A DNA stretch of 64,000 bases from an uncultured Gammaproteobacteria bacterium (lineage in GTDB: Bacteria; Pseudomonadota; Gammaproteobacteria; DRLM01). The notes under the pieces are model-generated. The model was not told where the DNA came from, did not search any database, and was given only the letters and a program-made list of their open reading frames with translations. The stretch spans positions 224,001 through 288,000 of the forward strand of contig CAVSNY010000002.1 in the NCBI GenBank assembly GCA_963729605.1. Reading direction: 5' to 3'. Positions 40,144 through 50,873 of the stretch are shown here, one piece after another. The position numbers were made by a program, and so were the translations under genes. How positions within the stretch are numbered: the first letter of the stretch is position 1; each line of letters opens with the position of its first letter.

Positions 40144-40569
40144 ATGGCTCAATTTGGCGAATTCGTGGTCAACCACTGGTTGTTGGTATTGGCCTTGGTC
40201 GTGATTCTCGTGTTGATCATAGCCGGTGAGGCCCAGCGCAAATTGTTGGGATTCACGGATATCAAACCGCAGGAGGCGGTGCGTCTGATGAATCAGGAAG
40301 ACGCGATCGCCTTGGATGTGCGCGATGACCCGGAATACAGGCAAGGCCATGTGATCAATGCCGTCCATATCCCGCTGGGGTTATTGGATAAGCGGCTCGG
40401 CGAACTGGAACCTTATAAAGACAAGCCCATCGTGGTTTATTGCCGCACCGGGCAGCGTTCGGCGCAGGCCGGCGTGCAGTTGCGCAAGCAGGGCTTCACC
40501 CGCATCTACAAGCTGGGCGGTGGCATGCTGGCCTGGCAAGGCGCGGACTTGCCGGTGACTAAAAAATAA
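40144..40569 (+). CDS. yibN: Membrane-anchored rhodanese-like protein (YibN-like)
   Basis: FVVNHWLL TM anchor; LDVR; GHVINA; CRTGQRS; LGGGMLAWQGADLP. Confidence 0.88.
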   Translation: MAQFGEFVVNHWLLVLALVVILVLIIAGEAQRKLLGFTDIKPQEAVRLMNQEDAIALDVRDDPEYRQGHVINAVHIPLGLLDKRLGELEPYKDKPIVVYCRTGQRSAQAGVQLRKQGFTRIYKLGGGMLAWQGADLPVTKK

Positions 40570-40682
40570 GGCGAAACCGTTTCGCTGGCCGGGCGGTATC
40601 CCTAAGGTATTTATTACGCTGTGACACGGCGGCGTTCGGCCGGCGGGTCCAGTCCATTTAACCGACCGTGAAGGAAATGACG

Positions 40683-41162
40683 ATGGCAGATGCACCGCAA
40701 CCCGAGAACCGGGCCCAATTCACGATTCAGAAGATCTACGTGAAAGACTTGTCTTTCGAAACCCCCAACTCGCCGCAGGTGTTTTTGGAGAAGTGGGAGC
40801 CGGAGGTAGGACTGCAGATCAGCAACAGCGCCACGGTTTTGAACGAGACCACCCATGAGGTGGTGCTCACCCTCACGGTGACCGCCAAGCAAAAAGACAA
40901 GACCGCCTATCTGATCGAAGTGCAGCAGGCCGGTATTTTCAATATCGAGGGTTATCAAAAAGAGCAGGTGGCGATCATGGTGGGCAGTTATTGTCCGCAT
41001 GTTTTATTCCCCTTCGCGCGCGAAACGGTGTCCGATGTGGTGACGCGCGGCGGGTTTCCCCAGTTGTTGCTGGCTCCCATCAATTTCGACATCCTCTACC
41101 AGCAGCATGTGGAGCAGGCGAAAAAACAGCAAGAGCTGGCGGCCTCCGAGCTGACGCACTGA
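40683..41162 (+). CDS. secB: Protein-export chaperone
   Basis: FTIQKIYVKDLSFETPNSP; EVQQAGIF; CPHVLFPFARE; GGFPQLLLAPINF. Confidence 0.97.
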   Translation: MADAPQPENRAQFTIQKIYVKDLSFETPNSPQVFLEKWEPEVGLQISNSATVLNETTHEVVLTLTVTAKQKDKTAYLIEVQQAGIFNIEGYQKEQVAIMVGSYCPHVLFPFARETVSDVVTRGGFPQLLLAPINFDILYQQHVEQAKKQQELAASELTH

Positions 41163-41239
41163 TCCCTGATCGAAGTGGGCGGAGTGTCGACCAGGATGCG
41201 CACGACCCGGGATTCTTTTCCCGCGAGTTGGACGGTTCG

Positions 41240-42950
<1,711 letters not shown>

Positions 42951-42957
42951 ACGCCGC

Positions 42958-43650
42958 TCAATCGCGGGTGGGTGTGATGCTGAATTCCTGGATCTGCTCC
43001 ATCTTGCTCAAGGTTTCGGCGAGATAACGCAGATTGACGGCGTCGCGGGTGCGAATGCTCATTTGGTATTGAAACATCCGCCCTTCGTCCTCCAGCTGAT
43101 AACTCGGACCGCCCGCGGTGATGTCGTGGGCGCGTATCACGTCGACCAGTTCGTCCTGACTCAAATGACTGTGCCGGGAAAAGCGCACCGTGAGCTGGGC
43201 GTAACGGATGGCGGGCATGATGGACTCCACCCAGCGGAACACCGCCAAGGTGCCGAGGGCCATGGCCACGCCCAGGCCGGCGGCGGAATAAAAACCCATG
43301 CCGATCACGATGCCGATGGCGGCGGTGATCCAGATCGAGGCGGCGGTGGTGAGGCCGCGCACGGCGAGCCGCTCTTTGACGATCACCCCCGCGCCGAGAA
43401 AGCCGATGCCGGTCATGATGCCCTGGGCCATGCGGGTGGGGTCGATGCGGATGGTGTCCCGCGGGGCGTCAGGCAACAGCTCCCATTGATACACCGAGAC
43501 CAGCACCAGCAGGGTCGAGGAAGCGCAGACCAGGACATGGGTGCGGAAACCCGCCGGCCGGCCATGGTAGGTCCGCTCCAGCCCGATGATGCCGCCGGCC
43601 AGCACCGACAAGATGAGGCGAGTGGCTACCGTTATAAATTGCTCATCCAT
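42958..43650 (-). CDS. MgtC/SapB family membrane protein
   Basis: GGIIGLER..PAGFRTH; RMAQGIMTGIGFLGAG; GLTTAASIW; C-terminal ACT-like region. Confidence 0.93.
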   Translation of the reverse strand: MDEQFITVATRLILSVLAGGIIGLERTYHGRPAGFRTHVLVCASSTLLVLVSVYQWELLPDAPRDTIRIDPTRMAQGIMTGIGFLGAGVIVKERLAVRGLTTAASIWITAAIGIVIGMGFYSAAGLGVAMALGTLAVFRWVESIMPAIRYAQLTVRFSRHSHLSQDELVDVIRAHDITAGGPSYQLEDEGRMFQYQMSIRTRDAVNLRYLAETLSKMEQIQEFSITPTRD

Positions 43651-43669
43651 TCGAAATCAAACTCCTGAA

Positions 43670-43759
43670 TTATTGCTGGCCAACCGGGGGTACGGGGGGT
43701 AGCGGACAGGGGAGCGGTCGGGATCCTCTGAGAGGGGACGATCTACGTGTTCTCTCCAT
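43670..43759 (-). CDS. Putative proline-rich leader peptide upstream of the mgtC-family gene
   Basis: MERTRRSSPLRGSRPLPCPLPPVPPVGQQ* (8 Pro in 29 aa); stop 19 nt before the mgtC ATG. Confidence 0.4.
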   Translation of the reverse strand: MERTRRSSPLRGSRPLPCPLPPVPPVGQQ

Positions 43760-44083
43760 GTCATCGCATTTTAATACCCTTTACCTGAAAGTGATCGGCT
43801 TGAAAGTAGTCGGATCACCCGCCGCCTTTATGAAGGGCCGCCCAAAAGAAGAGCTATGTTATGCTTGGACCGACCCGCTGATTAACCGCCTCCACGGCGA
43901 GCTAACGAGAAGGCGGGCAGTTTCCACGGACCTCGCGGCCGCGCGCAGATAGTGCGCCGATATTAATGAATCAGGGGGCCGCCGCCGACATATCATGAAC
44001 TTAAGTCGATCGTGGAAAATCCATAACGACCATTTGACGGGCGATGACCTATTGAGCGTCCCGCCGATTCTGGAGGTTAGGCA

Positions 44084-45262
44084 ATGAAAGGCAAAGACCG
44101 CCGCCTGGCGGAATTGAAAAACGCCATTCCGGAAATCTCGCCGGAAGAGGCTCTGGCCGAGCACAAACAGGGTGCGGTGTTATTGGATGTGCGCGAGGCC
44201 GACGAAGTGGCCAATGGCAGCCCCAAGGGGGCGCTGCGGCTGAGTCGGGGTTTCCTCGAATTGCGCATCGAAGAGAAGGTGTCCGACCTGGCGCAACCCG
44301 TTTTGGTGATGTGCGCCGGCGGCACGCGGTCGCTGTTCGCGGCCGAGGCGCTGAAACAACTCGGTTATCAAAACGTGAAATCCGTCGCCGGCGGTTTCAG
44401 CCGCTGGAAAAATAAAGGCCTGCCCTTTGAGATGCCCCGGACCCTCGACGACGACGCCCGCGAACGGTATTCCCGTCATCTGTTGTTGCCGGAGGTGGGC
44501 GAGCAAGGGCAGCTGAAATTGCTCGACAGCAAGGTCTTGTTGATCGGCGCCGGCGGCTTGGGTTCGCCGTCGGCCTTTTATCTGGCCGCCGCCGGGGTGG
44601 GTACCCTGGGGTTGGTGGACCACGATGTGGTGGATCGCAGCAATTTGCAGCGGCAGATACTCCATACCGAGGCGCGGGTGGATGTCTCCAAAGTGGCTTC
44701 GGCCCGCGAGGCCCTGGAGTCGCTCAACCCGCGGGTCAAGGTCGTCGGTTATGAAACCCGCCTCGATAGCAGTAACGTGGAAGAGATACTGTCCGGTTAT
44801 GACGTGGTGGTGGACGGCTCGGACAATCTGCCCACCCGATATTTGATCAACGATGCCTGCGTCAAACTGGGCATCCCCAATATCCACGCGGCGGTGTATC
44901 GCTTCGAGGGACAGATCACCGTGTTCTGGCCGGGCTACGAGAAGCGTCGCGGCGGCTGTTACCGCTGTATGTTCCCCGAACCGCCGCCGCCGGAATCGGC
45001 GCCGTCCTGCGCCGAGATCGGCGTGCTCGGCGTGTTGCCCGGCGTGCTCGGCGTGTTGCAGGCGGTGGAGACCTTGAAGGTGCTTTTGAAAATCGGCGAC
45101 TCGCTGGTGGGCAGGATGCTTTATTACGATGCCCTGCACGGGTCGTTCAACGAGTTCAAGCTCAAGCGCAATCCGGAATGTAAAGTCTGCGGCGACCATG
45201 CCCGGTTCACCGGCTACAGCGATTATGCCGAGGTGTGCGCAACCCCGGCCGCGGCGGGCTGA
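44084..45262 (+). CDS. moeB: Rhodanese-MoeB/ThiF fusion sulfur-carrier adenylyltransferase
   Basis: N-terminal rhodanese (LDVRE, CAGGTRS); RYSRHLLL; GAGGLGSP; SNLQRQ; CYRC...CKVC. Confidence 0.88.
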   Translation: MKGKDRRLAELKNAIPEISPEEALAEHKQGAVLLDVREADEVANGSPKGALRLSRGFLELRIEEKVSDLAQPVLVMCAGGTRSLFAAEALKQLGYQNVKSVAGGFSRWKNKGLPFEMPRTLDDDARERYSRHLLLPEVGEQGQLKLLDSKVLLIGAGGLGSPSAFYLAAAGVGTLGLVDHDVVDRSNLQRQILHTEARVDVSKVASAREALESLNPRVKVVGYETRLDSSNVEEILSGYDVVVDGSDNLPTRYLINDACVKLGIPNIHAAVYRFEGQITVFWPGYEKRRGGCYRCMFPEPPPPESAPSCAEIGVLGVLPGVLGVLQAVETLKVLLKIGDSLVGRMLYYDALHGSFNEFKLKRNPECKVCGDHARFTGYSDYAEVCATPAAAG

Positions 45263-45273
45263 CGCGGGATTCG

Positions 45274-45759
45274 TTACAGGGAAGGGAGAAATAGGAGGAC
45301 CCTGCCCTGTCCCGGCCAGATGGCGATTTCATAACTGATGAGCCCGGCGTAAAAGGCGAAAATCGAGTAAAGGATATGCCGGATTTTGAGGCGCTTGAAT
45401 AAGGAAAGGTGGTGGTAGCCGACCAACACCACTAAACAGACCGCGGTCATGGCCAGCTTGACCGTGACGAATAAATCGATGTCGCGCCGGATCAAATAGT
45501 CCATCAGCAAGTTCATTTCTTGGGCGCCCAGCTGCAGCAATTGCAGCGTATTGTGGGCGTCGGCCACAGACAGCAGCATGATGCCGAGGGTGAGATAAAA
45601 CAGGTGCGGCGGGTGCCAATCCAGGCTCAATTGCGCGTTAAGGGCGTCTTCCTGGCGCCGGTAACGGCGGCGGCGGCCGCGCAGGCCGTGGACGTGAAAG
45701 AGCGAATGCTGCGGCCGGCGCCGGTCGGTGCGCGGCGTATGGTGTCGTTCTAATAGCAT
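45274..45759 (-). CDS. DUF5658-like membrane protein
   Basis: Arg-rich N-terminus; LLSVADAHNTLQLLQLGAQEMNLLMDYL..FVTVKL. Confidence 0.75.
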   Translation of the reverse strand: MLLERHHTPRTDRRRPQHSLFHVHGLRGRRRRYRRQEDALNAQLSLDWHPPHLFYLTLGIMLLSVADAHNTLQLLQLGAQEMNLLMDYLIRRDIDLFVTVKLAMTAVCLVVLVGYHHLSLFKRLKIRHILYSIFAFYAGLISYEIAIWPGQGRVLLFLPSL

Positions 45760-45791
45760 GTTTGAAGCCGGCCCGATTTTTTATTCAAAAA

Positions 45792-45807
45792 AGCAGTATT
45801 CATGCCA
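45792..45807 (-). promoter_or_regulatory. sigma54 (-24/-12) promoter
   Basis: TGGCAT-GAATA-CTGCT, i.e. GG-N10-GC, 33 nt upstream of the DUF5658 ATG, with AT-rich upstream DNA. Confidence 0.6.
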
Positions 45808-46006
45808 GTAAAATTATTTCTTTTTATCTCAGTTTGCTAAGTCCAGCACGGTACCGCCGGCCGGCGTCGATGTAAATTCGGCCGACAAATTCGCTACCTG
45901 GTGTGGGCCGTCCTTTATTTTCAGCCCCTGATGGCCGATAACCCGGTACGGATAACGTCCGCCGGTAGTAACACCTTGCGGCGGAGAGACGGTATAGGAG
46001 GCGGAG

Positions 46007-47389
46007 ATGCCCATTGCGGATAGGCTGAGGCAATACCTCGACAGAAAACATATTATTTACGACGTCCATGAGTTGGCGCCGTTTACCTCGTTGCTCCAGG
46101 CCTCGGACGCGGCTGGGATCACCGCCGCCTCGGTGGTGAAAACGGTGGTATTAAAAGACGAAGTCGGTTTGGTGATGGTCGTGATGTTGGCCACCCACAG
46201 CCTGGACGTCGATGCCTTGAGTAAATTGCTGCATCGTCGCATGGAGTTGGCGACCGAGGCGCAGATTAAACAGGTGTTTCCCGATTGCGTGCCCCGTTTC
46301 GTCCCGCCCTTGGGTGAGCCGTATGGCGTACGGACCATCGTCGATGATGCGCTGGTGGCATGTGATGGCCTGTATTTCTCGGGGGGTGACGCCTCTCATT
46401 TGGTGCAAGTCAATAATAAAGATTTCTTCAATCTACTGAGCAATGCCTGGCTGGCCGGCAACTTTTCCCGGGCTATCGGCAGTTATGATGAGCGTGCCGC
46501 GGCGGCGGGCGGCGATACCGCTGTTACTGGCACCGATATCAAAAAACGTATTCAAGCGCTGAAAGAGCTGCCGGCCATGCCCGCGGTGGCGCGACAAATT
46601 TTCGAATTGCGCGCCAATCCGCTGGCCGACGTGGAAAGGCTCGGCAAATTAGTGGAGCTGGATCCCAGCTTGGCGGCGCAGGTGATTCGTTACGCCCGTT
46701 CGCCGTTTTTCAGTTATCGCGGCAAGGTCGATTCGGTCAATACCGCCATCTCGCGGGTGCTCGGTTTCGAGATGGTGATGAATTTGGCGCTGGGTATCGC
46801 CAGCGCGCGGCCGTTCAAGATTCCGGCGATCGGTCCCTTGGGTCTGAACGCCTTCTGGCGCCACGCTACTTATAGCGCGGCCCTGGTGCAGGCCTTGGGA
46901 CGTGAATTGCCGCACCCTATGCGTCCGCCGGCGGGGATGAGTTATCTCGCCGGGTTATTGCACAACATGGGGCACCTGTTGCTGGGGCATTTGTTCAAGC
47001 CTGAATTCTGCATGCTGAATAACGCGGTCAGCGCCCATCCCGGCATCTCGGTGGTGGAGCAGGAAATGGCGATGCTGGGTATCGAACACGGTGAGTTGGG
47101 TGCCTGGCTGATGGAAAGCTGGAATATGCCGGAGGAAATCATCGTCGCCACCCGCGAGCACCACAATGCGAGTTACAACGGTCCGCACGCCGTCTACGCG
47201 CGTTTGACCTTGCTGGCCGACCATATGTTGAAAGAGCATGGCATCGGCGATGCGCCGACCCATGAATTACCGGCGGAGATCATGGCTGAACTGGGATTGG
47301 AGGAGATACAAATCGTCATGGTCATGAGCCGTATCCTGGAAGGCTGCGAGGGACTCAATGCGATGGCGCGTAATCTGGCCGCGGCTTGA
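46007..47389 (+). CDS. YbaK-like + HDOD domain protein (SadB-like architecture)
   Basis: N-terminal YbaK fold (VVKTVVLKD..FPDC..VPPLG); HDOD (LPAMP, DPSLAAQVIRYARSP, FWRHA, AGLLHNMG, EHH). Confidence 0.87.
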   Translation: MPIADRLRQYLDRKHIIYDVHELAPFTSLLQASDAAGITAASVVKTVVLKDEVGLVMVVMLATHSLDVDALSKLLHRRMELATEAQIKQVFPDCVPRFVPPLGEPYGVRTIVDDALVACDGLYFSGGDASHLVQVNNKDFFNLLSNAWLAGNFSRAIGSYDERAAAAGGDTAVTGTDIKKRIQALKELPAMPAVARQIFELRANPLADVERLGKLVELDPSLAAQVIRYARSPFFSYRGKVDSVNTAISRVLGFEMVMNLALGIASARPFKIPAIGPLGLNAFWRHATYSAALVQALGRELPHPMRPPAGMSYLAGLLHNMGHLLLGHLFKPEFCMLNNAVSAHPGISVVEQEMAMLGIEHGELGAWLMESWNMPEEIIVATREHHNASYNGPHAVYARLTLLADHMLKEHGIGDAPTHELPAEIMAELGLEEIQIVMVMSRILEGCEGLNAMARNLAAA

Positions 47390-47546
47390 GTTCAGTGTAA
47401 GACGATAGATCTCTACCGGATTTTTTTAGCGTTATTTTCATTGCGCTGATCCCGTTCTGATCAGCGCGATCCAGTTTTTCGCAATCCATCTCCCCCGACG
47501 ATCTGACATCGGCAAAAATTGAAATGCGGATGCGAGTCCTCGGAAA

Positions 47547-47578
47547 GGCGGTGCGTTGCTGGTCGCCAACGCACCGCC
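47547..47578 (-). terminator. Intrinsic terminator after the CHRD gene
   Basis: 12-bp stem GGCGGTGCGTTG/CAACGCACCGCC followed by TTT on the minus strand. Confidence 0.6.
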
Positions 47579-47600
47579 GCGCCGTTTGGTTAAGTAAGGA

Positions 47601-48167
47601 TTAATGCAAAAACTTGAAAGGCGAACGATCTTCGATTTGGCCGCGGACTTCTCCCGGCGGGTTGGCGGTGGTATGAACGTTCACGTAGGTATTCCCGCGT
47701 ATCAGGTTGGCGATGGCATCTTCAAAAGTGTTGATGCCCAGATTCGGTTGCGGAATCAAATTTGCGGCAGTGATCATGCCGGAAATTTCCCCCGTGAAAG
47801 GGCCGTCGTCCCGCGGCAGCGGGGTGCCGGCCGGGTTGTTGCTGCTGTCCCCGAATAACCAAAACATCACCGGCCCATTTTGACCCGCGGGCCCGAGATG
47901 GATATGGGCCATGAAGATAGGGGTGGCGGTATTGCTGACTTTAAGCCGGTAATGGAGCGTGCTGCGATCCTTGGAAAGCGAGATATGGGCCTCGCCATAA
48001 GCCCCCGTGACCAGGCCCACCACGGGGATGACCGTGCCGGAGACATTGGTGTTGATGACTTCTTGGGCGCCGCTTAATTCCGTTTCAAACTTGTTGTTTC
48101 TGGCGTCGACGCTCATTGCGGACAGGCTGGCGAGGGTCGCGGCGGTGAGGGTAATGAATTTATTCAT
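47601..48167 (-). CDS. Secreted CHRD domain protein
   Basis: Signal peptide; LSGAQEV; MAHIHLG; YVNVHT..NPPGEVRGQI. Confidence 0.92.
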   Translation of the reverse strand: MNKFITLTAATLASLSAMSVDARNNKFETELSGAQEVINTNVSGTVIPVVGLVTGAYGEAHISLSKDRSTLHYRLKVSNTATPIFMAHIHLGPAGQNGPVMFWLFGDSSNNPAGTPLPRDDGPFTGEISGMITAANLIPQPNLGINTFEDAIANLIRGNTYVNVHTTANPPGEVRGQIEDRSPFKFLH

Positions 48168-48515
48168 ATTGCTTGTTCCTTCAAGATTCGGAGTGGATAA
48201 AGGGAACGCACGGGGACGGCGATGCCGTGGCGGTCCCGTCAGGAATCAACTTCATGAATTTAAAAATGATTGCAGGTACTGATGACGCTGGCGGGCGAGG
48301 GATGGCGTATTGAGCAACGCAGTACGGCGACCTCGCCTTTGAATAAAGGTAGCAGTCTTTTGTGAGGCTGCAAGCCGGGCCTTGTCTACTAATTTTAATG
48401 AATCAATTGTTTACATTTTTATGATGGTGAGCCCGGTCGCGCGTTTCCTGGCGGGGACAATTTGATACACTGAACCCCACAATCGAAAAGAAAAAGATAG
48501 TTGGGGGTAAGTTTT

Positions 48516-48878
48516 ATGAGCGGTTCAATACCGGAGTTTGATTTTGAGTTTTGGGTCAAGCTTGCCGCAACGGATTCGCAAGCCTTTGAAGAAAAACGGC
48601 GCGAAGTGATCGAGGACTTTATCACGCGATGGTCTCCCGACCAGCAGTCGCGCCTGCGCGGCTTGCAGTGGCGGATTGATATGGAACGCAAAAAACACCG
48701 TCATCCGCTGGCGGCGTGTTCGCATTTGTTCAATAAGATGTGGGCGTCGGTGTATGGCGAAGGCGGTTTATCCGACGCCTTGCAAGGCCGGGTGAAACAG
48801 TCCGAACAATCGGCTGTCGTATTGATCTTTTCACCGGATCGGCGCGAACGGGTTCGGGGTTTGGTGGCGGGTCCGTAG
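48516..48878 (+). CDS. DUF3135 family protein
   Basis: DFEFWVKLA..AFEEKR; RLRGLQWRIDMER..PL. Confidence 0.8.
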   Translation: MSGSIPEFDFEFWVKLAATDSQAFEEKRREVIEDFITRWSPDQQSRLRGLQWRIDMERKKHRHPLAACSHLFNKMWASVYGEGGLSDALQGRVKQSEQSAVVLIFSPDRRERVRGLVAGP

Positions 48879-48888
48879 CCGTCCGCCG

Positions 48889-49533
48889 TCACAGCCACTG
48901 TCCGGACCAGTGTTTGATCATGCCGCTCCATAAAACGTCAGGCGCGGTATTGAAAACCGCCTCGCCATCGGCGGGGGCGACGATCCAGTCCCCGCGCGCG
49001 ATTTCCCGCTCCAGTTGACCGGCAGCCCACCCGGCGTAACCGGCGTAGATGCGTACCGATGCATCCGTACGCAAGGCGGCAAGACTCGACCGCAGATTGG
49101 AAAGACCGCGGCCCAAAAAAATATTGGAGAATAAAATCTGCGCGGGCGGCGGGGTGTCGCTGCGAATCAATACGAACATTTCATTGGCGCCGACCGGGCC
49201 ACCCGCGTACAAGGGACCCGGATAGTGGCTCAGTTCCTCGATACCCGGCAGGACGTGAGCGATGCTGATGGGGGTAGGCCGGTTGATGATGAGACCCGCC
49301 GCGCCGGTCGCGCCGGTATCGATGATTAAAATAACCGTCTTGCGGAAACGCGGATCCGTCAGGCGCGGATGCGCGATGAGCAGCGTGCCTTTCTGCAAGG
49401 CGAACTGGAACATGTTGAGGGGCGGCGGTCTTATTTCGCCGGCCGCCTTATTGCAAACTAACAAGAACGCCGTGGCCAGGGCGCAAAAGATCGCGAGTCG
49501 GCTGTGACGTCTGTGTGGCGGCATGGTCTGCAT
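48889..49533 (-). CDS. YqgE/AlgH (UPF0301) family protein
   Basis: LLIAHP..DPRFRKTVIL; GLIINRP; GGPV; GYAGWAAGQLEREI..GDW. Confidence 0.9.
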   Translation of the reverse strand: MQTMPPHRRHSRLAIFCALATAFLLVCNKAAGEIRPPPLNMFQFALQKGTLLIAHPRLTDPRFRKTVILIIDTGATGAAGLIINRPTPISIAHVLPGIEELSHYPGPLYAGGPVGANEMFVLIRSDTPPPAQILFSNIFLGRGLSNLRSSLAALRTDASVRIYAGYAGWAAGQLEREIARGDWIVAPADGEAVFNTAPDVLWSGMIKHWSGQWL

Positions 49534-49649
49534 TCCATTCTGCGCTCATTTCAACTATAGCAGCTGATGATGGATGGCGGGCATGAATGAATTTGGCGCT
49601 GGGTATGGTCAGCGCGCGGCCGTTTGGCGAGGAGGCACCCGCGCGTCGT

Positions 49650-50195
49650 TTATTCCGACGCCGCGAGCACTTTTTCCGTCATGCGCATGATGGAGCGGTC
49701 GCTGGTGAAGCGGCCGATGTCGTCCAAGGCCACCCACGCTAAGTCTCTCGATTCGCTGCTGATCACCAAGGGCGTGGCGCGATCCGCTTCCAGCAGCCAG
49801 CGCACGTCGTAGTGTAAATGCCGTGGTTCATCGCCGCGGGCCGGGATGGGATGCACGTCCACATCGAACGGCACGTTGGAGAGGGGTTTGATATCTTCCA
49901 GACCGGACTCTTCGCGGGCCTCGCGCAAGGCCACCGCCAGGATATCCGTTTCGCCGTCGGCATGACCGCCCAATTGCAGCCAGCGATTCAGTTTGCGGTG
50001 GTGGGTCAATAACACATGGCGGCGTTGGCGATCGATTATCCACGCCGAGCCGGTGATATGGCCGATGCGCAAGTGGCGTTCGAAACATTGGGTTTCGTTT
50101 TCCACGAAGCGGACCAGCATTTCATACATCTCCCGCTCGTTTTTATCGTAGGGCTGATACGCCTTCAGCAGCGCTAATAAAGGATGTCTATGCAT
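49650..50195 (-). CDS. NUDIX hydrolase
   Basis: GHITGSAW; HRKLNRWLQLGGHADGE; ALREAREESGL Nudix box; HLHYDVR. Confidence 0.92.
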   Translation of the reverse strand: MHRHPLLALLKAYQPYDKNEREMYEMLVRFVENETQCFERHLRIGHITGSAWIIDRQRRHVLLTHHRKLNRWLQLGGHADGETDILAVALREAREESGLEDIKPLSNVPFDVDVHPIPARGDEPRHLHYDVRWLLEADRATPLVISSESRDLAWVALDDIGRFTSDRSIMRMTEKVLAASE

Positions 50196-50242
50196 GTCGT
50201 GCCATCGCGAATAACGTCGGGCGGTCATTATACCCAAATAAT

Positions 50243-50623
50243 TTAACGCGAGTGCCGGGTTTCCCGAGGCAGCGCGCGCAAATCCACCCATACCATGTGT
50301 TCCGCGATATGCGCCGGTAACGCGGTGAGGTGCTGGCGTACACAGGGACCCCGGATGCATAAACCGTCCTCGATGCGGAATTGCGCGCCGTGCAACGTGC
50401 AGAGTATGAGGCTGCGATCGAAGGTCAGAAATTCATCCGCCCCCCAATTGAGCGGAGAACCGGTATGCGGACAGCGATTGAGATAGACGTATACCCGTTG
50501 ATGCTGGCGCACCGCGAACAGGGAACGCATGTCGTCGTTAGGTAGAGGAAACTCCCGGCTTGTCCCATGCGCAAGTTCATCATCACGACATAGCGGGTGT
50601 AAATGTGGCGGCGTGGCGAACAT
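50243..50623 (-). CDS. Rieske (2Fe-2S) ferredoxin-like protein
   Basis: YLNRCPH; ILCTLHGAQF..GLCIRGPC. Confidence 0.9.
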   Translation of the reverse strand: MFATPPHLHPLCRDDELAHGTSREFPLPNDDMRSLFAVRQHQRVYVYLNRCPHTGSPLNWGADEFLTFDRSLILCTLHGAQFRIEDGLCIRGPCVRQHLTALPAHIAEHMVWVDLRALPRETRHSR

Positions 50624-50873
50624 GATAGTTGCGGCTGGAAGTTTCCGTGAATAAAGTGCCGACGCACTTTAGCATAATGTCACGAGTCATGGTGCGGCCG
50701 AGTGGCTAGCCCTGTAAGCATTTGAATACCCATTGCGCTTTATATTCGTGGTGTCGCGCGGAGTTTCTTCGTTGGAACTTTTATGGCGCAGGTTTGTTTG
50801 ATAAATAAGGCCATGAAGAAGTTCGGGCCTGCTGTCGATACGTTGTATAAGGCCATTGTATGAATGATGCGGT

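Noticed and set aside
43800-44083. Moco or TPP riboswitch upstream of moeB
   Set aside because: No consensus motifs recognised.
45020-45060. Tandem 21-nt repeat in moeB
   Set aside because: Encodes the conserved GVLGVLPGVLG motif.
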